The notes under the pieces are model-generated. The model worked only from the letters and a program-made list of their open reading frames with translations. It did no database searches and had not been told where the DNA came from. Below, one piece after another: positions 35,922-45,655 of a stretch of 64,000 nucleotides of DNA (the first letter of the stretch is position 1; each line of letters opens with the position of its first letter). A program made the position numbers and the translations under genes. This DNA comes from Candidatus Peribacteraceae bacterium (GTDB lineage Bacteria > Patescibacteriota > Gracilibacteria > Peribacterales > Peribacteraceae): positions 19,523 to 83,522 of the forward strand of contig JAQUKV010000004.1 of assembly GCA_028718905.1 (NCBI GenBank), read 5' to 3'.

Positions 35922-36494
35922 ATGGCGGAGATCCCTTCCCTCACCGAGCCGGAAATCCTCGCTCTCGTGCGCAAATCCCAGGAGGGTGATACGCAGGCGT
36001 TCAGCGCGCTCTACGATCACTTCTTTCCGCAAGTCTACCGCTACGCCGCGTTTCGTTTTGACAGGGAGGTGGCCGAGGATCTTGTGGCCGATATCTTTCT
36101 CAAAGTCTGGGAGAAGCTCCACACCTATCAGGAACGCAAGGGCATTCCCTTTGCGGCGTGGCTGTTTCGGATCGCGCGCTATGAGGTGATCGATATTTAC
36201 CGTTCGCACAAAGAGACCGACGAAATGCCCGAAGAGCTGCACGATCCCGACGAGCTGAATCGTGCCGATACCGATGTCAAACGTGCGGATGTCCTCAAGA
36301 TGGTGCGCACCGCCATGGACAAGCTGCCCCGCCGCTACCGCGATATTCTGCAGCTTTCGTACATGGCGGATCTGCCCCACAGCGAAATCGCCCGCACGCT
36401 CAACATGCGCGAGGGTGCCGTGCGGGTGCTCAAGTTCCGTGCCCTGGAAAAACTGGAAGAACTCCTTCCCCCTGAAGCTCATGGCATGCTGTGA
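35922..36494 (+). CDS. ECF-type RNA polymerase sigma-70 factor
   Basis: GDTQAFSALYDHFFPQVYRYA region 2; RYRDILQLSYMADLPHSEIARTLNMREGAVRV region 4. Confidence 0.8.
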   Translation: MAEIPSLTEPEILALVRKSQEGDTQAFSALYDHFFPQVYRYAAFRFDREVAEDLVADIFLKVWEKLHTYQERKGIPFAAWLFRIARYEVIDIYRSHKETDEMPEELHDPDELNRADTDVKRADVLKMVRTAMDKLPRRYRDILQLSYMADLPHSEIARTLNMREGAVRVLKFRALEKLEELLPPEAHGML

Positions 36495-36621
36495 AATTGT
36501 GCATTCCCTACGGCCCCCCTCACCCTCCCTCTCCCCCCTTTGGGTGGAGAGGAGATCGGGAAGGTATTCTCTTTCGTTTGCTGTAACAAAAGCGCCTTTT
36601 CCCCGTTTTACCTGATGTGAT

Positions 36622-38541
36622 ATGTCGACAGAGGACCTCCTCCTGCGGCTCCAACGTGACCTGACGCCCCCGTCGGGCGCACAAGGCCGTATCCGTACCC
36701 GTTTGCAGGCGAGGATTGCCGCACCAGAGGCGTTGCGCGCAACCAAAGCGTTGCTCACCCCAACATCCGAATCGAAGCGCGTGATCTGGGAGCGCATTTC
36801 CGCTTCTCTGCTCGCTCATCGAGCGCACGGATTCCTCGTCGAACTCCGCGGGTGGTTATCGGCTCCGGAAGGGGTGCGCGCGTTTCTCTGGCAGCGTTTT
36901 TCTGCGGAGCTTGTTCCGGTGCAGCAAACCAGACACATGTTCTGGGGGGTGAAGTGGGTCGCCACGGCGGTGCTCCTTGTGTTCGTTACGCAGATGAGCC
37001 CCCGGTTCTTCTGGGCGTCCCCGTCCGCCGCGCTCTCCGAAACGATGCTCCTGCCGCATGGCGATGTTTCCATTCTCGTCGACGAAGTGTGGCAACCGGT
37101 GACGCAAGAGGTGACGCTGCGTGCGGGCATGCGCATTCAGACGGGCGAGGACGGGCAGGCAAGCATTGTGCTCAGCGATGACGGGGTCGTCCGTCTCGAT
37201 CATGGGACGATGATCGATCTTGTGGATCTTTCGGATCGCATGGAGCCCGCCTCGGAGCTGGTGCCCACTCTTTCGCTCTATACGGGCCGTCTCTGGATGC
37301 AGGGGCTCGTTCCTGCCAATCTGCGCGGGCTCACGGTCTATACCCCCGTGGGTCTCGTCACCGTGAACGGCGGCAGCGTGTCGATCGGCGGGGAGCGGGA
37401 AATGCGTGTCGCGGTCTATGACCGCACTGCGCAGGTCACCCGCAGCGGAAAGAACCTTCCTCTTGTTGCGGGAGAGTGGACCGTTCTCCGCGCAGCCGGC
37501 AATCCTTCCGCGCAGAAACTGGCCGATGGTTCCTACCAGTCCCCGTGGGTGCAGGGCAACCTCACGCTCGATGCCGTGCATCGTCAGGAGATCGCCGCGC
37601 TCCAGCAGACCCGTCTGGCCGAGCGCGCACGCATTCTGCCCACGTCCACCCTTTATCCGGTCAAGCGTGCCGTGGAGGCGGTGGATCTTTTTCTCACCAT
37701 CGGTGACGAAGCCAAGATGCAGAAGCAACTCCAGCACGCCGATACGCGCCTGACCGAGGCCGCAGCCTTGCTCGCACAGGGGCAGACTGGCGCCGTGGCT
37801 CTTCCGCTCGAGGAGTACCGGTCGACGCTCGTGGCGCTCGCAACAGGTTCCGGTGATGCGACGCTCGCCCAGTTCCTTCTGAAGAAAGTCGTGTCGCAGA
37901 ATGCGAGTGATCTTGCAGCCACGTTGCCGGGCGATCAGGCGTATGTGCTCAAGCAGGCGGTGCTTGAAACGAGCTCCACGCTTGCTGATGGCGTGAGCGC
38001 GCCCGAAGACGCCCGCGACAGCATGCTCCTCGATGCCCTGAGCGTGCTCACGCAGGCCGTCGAAACGGGCAACCTGAAAGGCCTGCCGGACATGTGGACA
38101 CAGTTGAGTCCGCAGCTGCAGATTCTGAAAGGCGGTATTGACGCACTCAAACCGGAGGTGCAGCGCGAGGCGTCGGCGGCACTGGCAATGCTTGCGCTCG
38201 CGTTCGACAAGCAGGAGGAGCAGGGCCAGATGCAGAAAGTGGATCCGATCCTGCTGCAGCAGATCAGCGCATATCTGCCGGCGGAGGAAGCCCCCATCCT
38301 GTCGGAGTCTGATATTCAATTGATTGTGGCGGGCATCCGGCAGCGTATTTTCGTCTACCACCTCACGCAGGCCCGCCTGAATCAGTTCACGCAGGAGCTC
38401 AAGCTGCTCGAGGGACATGCCGATCAGGGCAGGATTCTGCGCAGACTCTACTTCGCGCTCCCCGGCGGACCCGAGAATTTCCCCGATCGCGTGCGGCAGG
38501 AGATCATCCGTCTCGGCTGGCAGAAGGCTTCGCAATCATGA
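36622..38541 (+). CDS. membrane protein with FecR-like domain (candidate anti-sigma partner)
   Basis: Follows the sigma gene; one TM (~aa 110-130); GDVSILVDEVWQPV...LRAGMRIQTGEDGQASIVLSDDGVVRLDHGT FecR-like strand pattern. Confidence 0.5.
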   Translation: MSTEDLLLRLQRDLTPPSGAQGRIRTRLQARIAAPEALRATKALLTPTSESKRVIWERISASLLAHRAHGFLVELRGWLSAPEGVRAFLWQRFSAELVPVQQTRHMFWGVKWVATAVLLVFVTQMSPRFFWASPSAALSETMLLPHGDVSILVDEVWQPVTQEVTLRAGMRIQTGEDGQASIVLSDDGVVRLDHGTMIDLVDLSDRMEPASELVPTLSLYTGRLWMQGLVPANLRGLTVYTPVGLVTVNGGSVSIGGEREMRVAVYDRTAQVTRSGKNLPLVAGEWTVLRAAGNPSAQKLADGSYQSPWVQGNLTLDAVHRQEIAALQQTRLAERARILPTSTLYPVKRAVEAVDLFLTIGDEAKMQKQLQHADTRLTEAAALLAQGQTGAVALPLEEYRSTLVALATGSGDATLAQFLLKKVVSQNASDLAATLPGDQAYVLKQAVLETSSTLADGVSAPEDARDSMLLDALSVLTQAVETGNLKGLPDMWTQLSPQLQILKGGIDALKPEVQREASAALAMLALAFDKQEEQGQMQKVDPILLQQISAYLPAEEAPILSESDIQLIVAGIRQRIFVYHLTQARLNQFTQELKLLEGHADQGRILRRLYFALPGGPENFPDRVRQEIIRLGWQKASQS

Positions 38542-38617
38542 GGGATTGGGGATTGGTCTATTAGGGATTAGGGCTGTTTTTTTGTATCCCAATTCCCAAT
38601 AACTAATCCCTCATCCC
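38541..38617. repeat. heptamer stutter repeat, inverted arm pair (GGGATTx units)
   Basis: GAGGGAT TGGGGAT TGGTCTA TTAGGGA TTAGGGC - T-run - CCCAATTCCCAATAACTAATCCCTCATCCC. Confidence 0.75.
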
Positions 38618-38661
38618 TTTTCTTGCCCTCTGGTGATACAAAAGGCACACTTCCCCTCGAT

Positions 38662-39219
38662 ATGTACGTGATCACCGAGCTCAAACCGGGCCGCGCCATT
38701 CAACTCGACGGGATTCCGTATCTCATCGTCGCCTCGCAATTCGGTCGCAAGAGCCAGAGCAAGGCGAACATGCAGTGCAAACTGAAGAATATGAAGACGG
38801 GGGCGGTCATTGCCAAGAACTTTCAGGGCAGTGAGCAGGTGGAGCCGGCCGACGTCGGGTATCGCCGCGTGCAGTACCTCTTCAATGACGGAGAGCAGTA
38901 CACGTTCATGGATCTGCAGAGTTACGACCAGTTTTTCCTGAATAAAGAAACGCTGGGCGATGCCGTGCAGTACCTCGTGGAGGGCGGCGAGGTGGATGCG
39001 CTGATGTTCGAAGATCATCCCATCGGCATTCAGCTGCCTTCGACGGTGGATCTGAAGGTCGTCGAAACGGAGCCGGGGGTCAAGGGCGATACGGCGTCCG
39101 GCGGCGGCAAGCCCGCCAAATTGGAAAGCGGCCTCATGGTTCAGGTGCCTCTGTTCATCACTGAGGGCGATAAGGTGAAGGTGAATACCGAGACGGGGGC
39201 GTATATGAAGAAGGCGTAA
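38662..39219 (+). CDS. efp: elongation factor P
   Basis: LKPGRAIQLDGIPYLIV...KPAKLESGLMVQVPLFI. Confidence 0.9.
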   Translation: MYVITELKPGRAIQLDGIPYLIVASQFGRKSQSKANMQCKLKNMKTGAVIAKNFQGSEQVEPADVGYRRVQYLFNDGEQYTFMDLQSYDQFFLNKETLGDAVQYLVEGGEVDALMFEDHPIGIQLPSTVDLKVVETEPGVKGDTASGGGKPAKLESGLMVQVPLFITEGDKVKVNTETGAYMKKA

Positions 39220-39231
39220 TGCAGGGGCAAG

Positions 39232-40374
39232 CTATTCTTCGGATGCTCCGATCTTCGCGAGATCGCCTTTCAGGCGTTCGAGGTCATAGGCACTGTTCTC
39301 GTCGATTCCCATCAGGAAAACCACCCCAGTCCTTCCCTCTTCGGGTTCCAGATTATGCGAGGTGATGGCCGTGATATTGATGCCGTTTTTGCTGAGGACT
39401 CCGGCGATTTTTTCCAATGTTCCGGGTTTGTTCTCCGGCGAGTAGATCCCCATGCCTCGGATGTCGAGGTTGGCCATCTGCTCGAGGACGCTGCGCGTCC
39501 GTCCCAGCATTTTTTCCCTCCAGGAGCCATCCTTGTCCAGGGCATCCATATCCGCTTGGAACATCGTCACGAGCGCTGTGGCATCACCGTCGCGCATACG
39601 GGTCAGCGCGGCAATGAGGGCATCGAGGACGATCCGCGTGTCGTCACTCGCTTGCGATTCACGGATGATCTTCGCCGAGACGGAAGGCGCTTGGATGGCG
39701 ACGCGTCCGGTCCCCAGTGCACCGATGCGCGTATTGGCAAATGCCATGGTTTCCGCCTGAGCAAAGGTAAGCCCGAAATGTTTCAGTGTTGCGGCCAACG
39801 CATGGATTTTCCCTCTCTGGAGCGCATGATCCAGTGTCTGCGTGACGGCCATGGCCCGTGCGTGCTGTGCGAGGGTGATGAACTCAATCGGGTTCATTTG
39901 GAGCAGAGCGGCGAGCTCACGCGCCTGTGCTTGTGCGGCTTCCCCATTCGTGCCCACCGGCATGATGAGCATGTTCTGTCCTCGGGCAGGAAGGTCCGCG
40001 CGGGCTCCCGGGTGGATGGAGCACACGCTCATCCCACGGCGATCGAATCCATGGAGCGTCTCGGCGATCTGTCGTTTCGTCGTTGAACATTCGATGCAGA
40101 CTTGATCGGGATGGAATGCCTCGCCGTGTTCCGATGCAATCGCGTTGATCTGTTCATCGGGTGTGACGGCGAACAGCACGGTATCCGATTCAGCGATTGC
40201 CCGCTTGGGATCGGCGCTCTGCGCTCCCAGCCGGGGATCGACTCTCCGTACCTGCCGTGCGAGCGGTTCGAGACGATCGGCGAATTTACTACCCCATGTC
40301 GGCACGGTGGCCTCTCTTCGTGCAGCGCCGAAGATGCTCACGATTTTGCCTTCGAAGGAGGGGCCGTGCTCCAA
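39232..40374 (-). CDS. prephenate/arogenate dehydrogenase-like protein with C-terminal ACT domain
   Basis: SIHPGA segment and C-terminal ACT-like PGTLEKIAGVLSKNGINITAI; N-terminal Rossmann motif atypical. Confidence 0.45.
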   Translation of the reverse strand: MEHGPSFEGKIVSIFGAARREATVPTWGSKFADRLEPLARQVRRVDPRLGAQSADPKRAIAESDTVLFAVTPDEQINAIASEHGEAFHPDQVCIECSTTKRQIAETLHGFDRRGMSVCSIHPGARADLPARGQNMLIMPVGTNGEAAQAQARELAALLQMNPIEFITLAQHARAMAVTQTLDHALQRGKIHALAATLKHFGLTFAQAETMAFANTRIGALGTGRVAIQAPSVSAKIIRESQASDDTRIVLDALIAALTRMRDGDATALVTMFQADMDALDKDGSWREKMLGRTRSVLEQMANLDIRGMGIYSPENKPGTLEKIAGVLSKNGINITAITSHNLEPEEGRTGVVFLMGIDENSAYDLERLKGDLAKIGASEE

Positions 40375-40431
40375 AGAAAATAATCATAACAGAAAAATCC
40401 GTACTTGCAACAAATCGTGTTCTTCCGTTCC

Positions 40432-41877
40432 TTATGCAATCTTTCGCAGAAGAATCTCATTCACCTTCTCCGGATGCGCCTGGCCTTTGGTCTCTTTCAT
40501 CACCCAGCCCACGATCGCGCCCAACGCCTGTGTTTTACCATTCTTATATGACTCGATGGCCTTGGGATTCGCCGCGATCGCTTTGTTCACAAGCGCTTCG
40601 AGAGCTCCTTCATCCGAGATTTGCTCGAGCCCCTCTTCCGCGATGATCTCGGGAGCGGACTTGCCGGTTTCCACCATCTTCTGGAGCACCTCTTTTCCTT
40701 TGCTCCCCGATACCTTGCCGCTCTCGATCGCATCCACGAGGTCGAGCATGGCCTGTGCGCCCGGACCCTGTCGTACGGTTTTTCCCGCAGCGTTCAGGAA
40801 TCCCGTGAGTTGTGTGATCACGATGCCCGAGGCGCGCTTGGGGTCCTTCAGCCGTCCCAGCACCGCTTCGTAGATTTTTTTAAGATCAAGATCCGCGTTT
40901 AGCTGCTGTGCTTCGGCATCTGTGAGACCTAAGCCGGAGAGCTTTTTCTTCTCTGCGCGGGGCAGCGGCGGGAGTGCGGACCTGATTTTTTCCAGTTCCG
41001 CCGCATCGAATGAGAGCGGCGGCAGGTCGGGCTCGGGAAAGTAGCGGTAGTCGCCGGCGGTTTCCTTATCGCGCAATATTTGCGTTTTCTCCTCTTCGTC
41101 CAGCCAGCCGACGGTGATGTCGCGGGGCAGCGGACCGTTGTCTTTCTTCCACTGCTCCCTGAGGCGTTTTTCCTCGTAACGCAGCGCTTTTTCCAGTGCC
41201 TTGAAGGAGTTTAAGTTCTTGATCTCGCTTCGGGGATTGAGCTTGGTTGACCCTTTTTTCTTGAGCGAGATCGAAGCATCGAACCGCATCATGCCCTTGA
41301 ACATGTCTGCGTCGCTCGCTCCAACAGAGATCAGGATGCGACGCAGTTCCTGCGCGAAGGCGACGGCATCTTCCGCGGACTTCAAATCCGGTTCCGTGAC
41401 GATCTCCATAAGCGGCGTACCGGCGCGGTTGAAGTCGCACAGGGTATTCGTGCCGTAATGGCTCAATTTGCCCGCATCGTTCTCCATATGCAGCCGTGTG
41501 ATGCGGCAAGAGCGCTCTCCGGTCGAGTTTCCGCTCGCATCGGTGCGATCAAATTCCACGTTCCCGCCCTTGGCCAGCGGGAAGTCGTACTGCGAAATCT
41601 GGAATCCCGCAGGCAGATCGGGGTAGAAGTAGTGCTTGCGGTCAAAGTGGCATTCCGGCGCGACCGTACAGCCGATGGCGAGCGAAGTCTTCACCGCTTT
41701 CGCGATCGCTTCTTTGTTCGGCACGGGGAGCGTGCCCGGAAATCCCATGCAGATCGGACAAACCGTCGTATTGGGCGCCTTGCCGAAGGCGTCATTGTCG
41801 CACCCGCAGAACATCTTGGACTTCGTGTTCATCTGCGCGTGCACTTCCAAGCCGATCACAGCCTCCAAGTCAGTCAT
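40432..41877 (-). CDS. gatB: Asp-tRNA(Asn)/Glu-tRNA(Gln) amidotransferase subunit B
   Basis: EAVIGLEVHAQMNTKSKMFCGC...VCPICMGFPGTLPVPN; ATG 41877. Confidence 0.9.
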   Translation of the reverse strand: MTDLEAVIGLEVHAQMNTKSKMFCGCDNDAFGKAPNTTVCPICMGFPGTLPVPNKEAIAKAVKTSLAIGCTVAPECHFDRKHYFYPDLPAGFQISQYDFPLAKGGNVEFDRTDASGNSTGERSCRITRLHMENDAGKLSHYGTNTLCDFNRAGTPLMEIVTEPDLKSAEDAVAFAQELRRILISVGASDADMFKGMMRFDASISLKKKGSTKLNPRSEIKNLNSFKALEKALRYEEKRLREQWKKDNGPLPRDITVGWLDEEEKTQILRDKETAGDYRYFPEPDLPPLSFDAAELEKIRSALPPLPRAEKKKLSGLGLTDAEAQQLNADLDLKKIYEAVLGRLKDPKRASGIVITQLTGFLNAAGKTVRQGPGAQAMLDLVDAIESGKVSGSKGKEVLQKMVETGKSAPEIIAEEGLEQISDEGALEALVNKAIAANPKAIESYKNGKTQALGAIVGWVMKETKGQAHPEKVNEILLRKIA

Positions 41878-42046
41878 GCGCACGACAGTAACGGGAGTAA
41901 TTTGACTTGCCCTGAGCGAATGAAGCGGGACGGAGTGATCCGAAGGGTGACGGCTTCCGATTGGGGCATGGCAGAAGAGTAGCGGTCGAAAATGCCTGCG
42001 TGCAAATGAATGGTGATTTCTTGACTGGCTATGGAAACATCGTAGA

Positions 42047-42682
42047 TTGACCGCAATGTCGATGCCGTGCGAGACACTGGATCTGCGGGCGGATACGGAG
42101 CATGACGAGGATGCAGGTCTCGTCACGGCTTTTCTGGAAGGGGACGGGGATGCGCTCGTGCGGAAGTACCACCGATTGGTCGTTCATTCATTCCTTCGAT
42201 TCAGCAGCAGCATCCGCCCGGAGGACGCCGAGGATCTCGCTCAGGATTTGTGGATTCACGTGCGTGACAAAGCTTCCGCTCTCCGGGACCGGCGCTGTTT
42301 CCATTCGTGGCTCTCCACGATCATCAGGCGTCAGGCCATCAATTTCTGCGAGCGAAAACATCATTCTGTGCCGTCGAATGACGGATACTTCCACGAACGC
42401 AGCGCGCCGGACGGCGATCCGGCTGCGCCTTTGCTTCGCGCAGAGCAGATCCATTGCATCCATGATGTCCTCGGGCAGTTATCCCCCATGGACAGGGAGG
42501 CGCTGGATTGCTCCACATTTCAGAGGATGAGCATTCGGGAAATAATGCAGACACTCAGGAATGAGCAGCATCCCGACGGTCTCCCTGAAGGCACCGTGAA
42601 GCGCAGAATTCACGTCGCCCGCAAACGGTTTGCCAAGGCGTTCATGCGGCGGTTTCCCGAGATGGTGCCGGAAGTCGCGTAG
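42047..42682 (+). CDS. sigma-70 family (ECF-like) sigma factor
   Basis: AEDLAQDLWIHV region 2-like; LSPMDREALDCSTFQRMSIREIMQTL...GTVKRRIHVARKRF region 4. Confidence 0.65.
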   Translation: MTAMSMPCETLDLRADTEHDEDAGLVTAFLEGDGDALVRKYHRLVVHSFLRFSSSIRPEDAEDLAQDLWIHVRDKASALRDRRCFHSWLSTIIRRQAINFCERKHHSVPSNDGYFHERSAPDGDPAAPLLRAEQIHCIHDVLGQLSPMDREALDCSTFQRMSIREIMQTLRNEQHPDGLPEGTVKRRIHVARKRFAKAFMRRFPEMVPEVA

Positions 42683-43121
42683 GGAGGTAATCCACCAGCA
42701 GCACGCCGTTTAAGTGATCCACCTCGTGTTGCACGGTGCGTGCCGAAAAATCGATGAGTTTGCGTTCCTCCGGCAGGCCTTTTTCGTTCAGGTACTTCAC
42801 GGTGACCGAGAGGGGACGTTCCACAGCCACCTGCAGCTTGGGCAAACTCAAACAGCCTTCTTCTTCGGTCTTCAGCTCTTTGCTCTTCCACACGATTTCG
42901 GGATTGATGAGCACTGTCATCTTTCCTTCCATCAACGCAAGACAGAGCTGCAGCGACTGCCCCACCTGCGGAGCGGCCAGCCCGGCTCCATCCTCCGTTT
43001 TCACCGTCTCGTACATATCTTTGATGAGTTTTTTGAGTGGTTTGGTGACTGCGGGAATCTTCACTCCTTTCTTGCGGAGGATCGGATTATCGGCGCCTTT
43101 CTGGATGGGGAGGAGGGACAT
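42642..43121 (-). CDS. def: peptide deformylase
   Basis: GAGLAAPQVG, EGCLSLP, HEVDHLNG motifs. Confidence 0.9.
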   Translation of the reverse strand: MSLLPIQKGADNPILRKKGVKIPAVTKPLKKLIKDMYETVKTEDGAGLAAPQVGQSLQLCLALMEGKMTVLINPEIVWKSKELKTEEEGCLSLPKLQVAVERPLSVTVKYLNEKGLPEERKLIDFSARTVQHEVDHLNGVLLVDYLPTRLPAPSRETAA

Positions 43122-43122
43122 G

Positions 43123-43177
43123 GTAGGATTAGGGCGTAGGATTAGGGCGTAGGGTTAGGGTGTAGGGCGCAGGGATT
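43123..43177. repeat. G/T/A stutter repeat (TAGGATTAGGGCG units), single arm
   Basis: TAGGATTAGGGCG TAGGATTAGGGCG TAGGGTTAGGGTG TAGGGCGCAGGGATT directly upstream of def start. Confidence 0.7.
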
Positions 43178-43240
43178 GTTTGAACATATCACAACTACAG
43201 GCGCATTCAGTATACCGTACATTGCTGTACGCGCAGGAGA

Positions 43241-43816
43241 TTATGCCACCAATTGCTTTATGCTGGCTTTTTTGCGCAACTCCTCGATGCTTTGGATTGT
43301 GCCGGTTTCGAGCATTTTCAAGAGCGCCTGTGCCGTCACCAGCACGTCCGGAAGGGCTCGGTGACGCCGGACAGGGATACTCAACCCGAGTCGCAAGGAT
43401 ACGACATCCAGATTGTGCCTGAATTCATGCGGAAAGAGCGTCTGACTTAAGCGCATCGTGCAGAAGCATTCCGGCAGATCGATGTAGCCCCAGCAACACT
43501 CCTTCTCGCGGCGAAGGAAGCCCATGTCGAACTCCGCGTTGTGCGCGACCAACAATGAACCCTGTGCAAAACGCAGAAACTCCGGCAGCACCACGTCAAT
43601 CGTGGGGGCGCCGGCCACTTCTGCATCACTGATCTTGTTGATGCTCTTCGCTTCCCAGGGAATGGGACGTTCGGGATTCACCAGCTGCGAGAATGTCTGC
43701 TCCTCCAGAATCTTTCCGCCTTCCACGCGCACGCCGGCAATCTCCAAAATCCGATGGCCCTGACGGGGGTCCAGGCCGGTCGTTTCGACATCGAAAACTG
43801 TGAATGCAGGAAGCAT
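43241..43816 (-). CDS. DEDDh 3'-5' exonuclease (DNA polymerase III epsilon-like)
   Basis: FTVFDVETTGL, LVAHNAEFDMGFL, HRALPD. Confidence 0.8.
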   Translation of the reverse strand: MLPAFTVFDVETTGLDPRQGHRILEIAGVRVEGGKILEEQTFSQLVNPERPIPWEAKSINKISDAEVAGAPTIDVVLPEFLRFAQGSLLVAHNAEFDMGFLRREKECCWGYIDLPECFCTMRLSQTLFPHEFRHNLDVVSLRLGLSIPVRRHRALPDVLVTAQALLKMLETGTIQSIEELRKKASIKQLVA

Positions 43817-43878
43817 GGGAGCCGACTATACCCGAACGGAGGATGGGAGCGAGGGAGTGGGCTTGACGGAGAAGTCGT

Positions 43879-43906
43879 GAGTTTTGAGTTATGAGTTTTG
43901 AGTATT
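43879..43906. repeat. heptamer stutter repeat (GAGTTTT units)
   Basis: GAGTTTT GAGTTAT GAGTTTT GAGTATT, overlaps the annotated nth start. Confidence 0.65.
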
Positions 43907-44577
43907 CCTCCTATCATGGCTTCGTGTTCCCAGTGGATGCCATTGTCGTTCTGCATGAGTTCAAGAAGCTCTACCGTCCGCCGAAATCGTTCCTGCACTG
44001 GCGGACACCTTTGGATTTGCTCATTGCGACGATCCTCTCCGCGCGCTGTACCGACGCGCAGGTGAATCGTGTGACACCGGCTCTTTTCGTACGGTGCCGG
44101 ACAGCACATGACTATCTTCGTATGCCCAGAAAGGAACTGGAGAAGAGCATCCACTCCTGCGGGACATTTCGGAGCAAGGCGAAGTACATCCACATGCTTT
44201 GCAGAACACTTGAGGCGAAGCATGGCGGTGCGGTGCCGCGAACAATGGAAGCACTTACGCAGCTTCCGGGCGTCGGCCGCAAGACCGCTTGCATCGTCCT
44301 GTACGGAGCGTTCGGCAGGAACGAGGGGATTGCAGTGGATACGCACGTGTTTCGCGTGACCCGGAGACTCGGGCTTTCGAGAGGCAAGACACCGGAACGG
44401 GTGGAGCGGGATCTGATGAAGCTTTTCCCACGCGGTGAGTGGGGGAGGATCAATGCGCTTTTCATCAGTCACGGGCGGGCGGTGTGTACGGCGCGGAACC
44501 GGCAATGCGGGCAGTGTGTGTTCCGGAAGAAGTGTCCATCGTCACTGGAGTTGGGGAAGAGGGATCTGGCGAAGTGA
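43891..44577 (+). CDS. nth: endonuclease III
   Basis: HhH-GPD block LPGVGRKTACIVL and C-terminal CX6CX2CX5C cluster (CTARNRQCGQCVFRKKC). Confidence 0.85.
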   Translation: MSFEYSSYHGFVFPVDAIVVLHEFKKLYRPPKSFLHWRTPLDLLIATILSARCTDAQVNRVTPALFVRCRTAHDYLRMPRKELEKSIHSCGTFRSKAKYIHMLCRTLEAKHGGAVPRTMEALTQLPGVGRKTACIVLYGAFGRNEGIAVDTHVFRVTRRLGLSRGKTPERVERDLMKLFPRGEWGRINALFISHGRAVCTARNRQCGQCVFRKKCPSSLELGKRDLAK

Positions 44578-44828
44578 CTTTCTTCTTTCTCTGTCTGCCC
44601 GACAGAGAAAGAAGCAAAGAGAGCGCACCGCGCGCCAATCCCCCTCCACCCGGCCCTGTGCCTCCTCGCCACGCCTCCAAGGCTTCGGCTCGTCTCGTCG
44701 GCGCTCCCCGCTTTCGCGGGGCAGGGCCTTCCCCTTCACCCCCAGTGGCGCGCGGAGCCTCCAACATAGACTGTTTGCTGTTTTCTGTTTGTGTTTTTTG
44801 TATTGGTGAGTTGTTTGTTGTTTTTTTA
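44578..44828 (+). repeat. structured intergenic repeat family, copy R4
   Basis: 14-bp hairpin 44582-44614 (CTTCTTTCTCTGTC/GACAGAGAAAGAAG), CCGCGCGCCA/TGGCGCGCGG closing helix, CCCCGC-TTTC-GCGGGG, CCCCTTCACCCCC, long T/G tail. Confidence 0.75.
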
Positions 44829-44851
44829 GACAACATCATTATGCTCTGCCC

Positions 44852-45598
44852 ATGGCGGCCGATCTGCTCCATATCCTGCGTTCCATCGGTTTAGATGAGA
44901 AGGAATCTGCGCTCTACCTTGCTGGTCTCTCACTCGGATCCGCGCCCGCTTCGTCGTATTCCAAAGCCGCGAAACTCAATCGTATCACCGCGTACAACAC
45001 GCTGGAGGGGCTGGCGCGGCGGGGTCTTCTCACCGTTTCGCGCAAGGTGCGTGCCAAGTGGTACCAGCCGGTGCCGCCGGAGCATCTGGCCATCGAGGCG
45101 CGCAAGAGTGCCGATGCCCTGCAGCGTGTCCTTCCGGAACTGCGCAGTCTTCAGGGCAAGGACCATCGGCGTCCGGTGATCCGGTTCTTCGAAGGCTGGG
45201 AAGGCGTGCGGCGCGTCTACGAAGACACCCTTACCGCCCGCAGCGAGCTTCTGAACTTTGCCAACTCCGCCGTGGTCCGGCATTTCTGGCCACACTATGA
45301 CGAGGAATACGTCACCGAGCGCGTGCGTCGCAGAATACGACTTCGGGGGATCGCCCCTGATGATGAGGCGGGCCGCAAAGTGCATGGAGAAGACCGCAAG
45401 CGCCTCCGCGAAATCCGACTCGTCCCTTCCAAAGATTTCGACTTTCGAAACGAAATCAACATTTACGATCACAAGGTGGCGATTTGCTCATTCGGCTCTG
45501 CCGATCACGTGTTCGGCGTGATTATCGAAAGCGTCGAAGTGGCCGAGACGCAACGGCAGATCTTCGAAATGGCGTGGCGGTATGCAAAGAGTTTGTAG
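44852..45598 (+). CDS. TrmB-family transcriptional regulator
   Basis: LGLDEKESALYLAGLSLGSAPASSYSKAAKLNRITAYNTLEGLARRGLL winged-helix N-terminus. Confidence 0.7.
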   Translation: MAADLLHILRSIGLDEKESALYLAGLSLGSAPASSYSKAAKLNRITAYNTLEGLARRGLLTVSRKVRAKWYQPVPPEHLAIEARKSADALQRVLPELRSLQGKDHRRPVIRFFEGWEGVRRVYEDTLTARSELLNFANSAVVRHFWPHYDEEYVTERVRRRIRLRGIAPDDEAGRKVHGEDRKRLREIRLVPSKDFDFRNEINIYDHKVAICSFGSADHVFGVIIESVEVAETQRQIFEMAWRYAKSL

Positions 45599-45616
45599 CT
45601 GGTAGCTTGTAGCTGG
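45595..45616. repeat. heptamer stutter repeat (GTAGCTG units)
   Basis: GTAGCTG GTAGCTT GTAGCTG G, first unit supplies the TAG stop of the TrmB-like gene. Confidence 0.6.
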
Positions 45617-45655
45617 CTTGCCCTGAGCCAGGTCGAACGGGTAGTTTAGTTACCC

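Noticed and set aside
33978-36797. 939-aa ORF on the minus strand
   Set aside because: It is antisense to guaA and the ECF sigma gene, both of which have unmistakable motifs. Its composition is Arg/Gly/His-rich, typical of shadow ORFs in high-GC DNA.
42642-42682. 41-nt convergent overlap of the sigma-factor and def genes as a regulatory feature
   Set aside because: This is a plausible but ordinary consequence of compact gene packing. There is no additional structure or motif to support a specific function.
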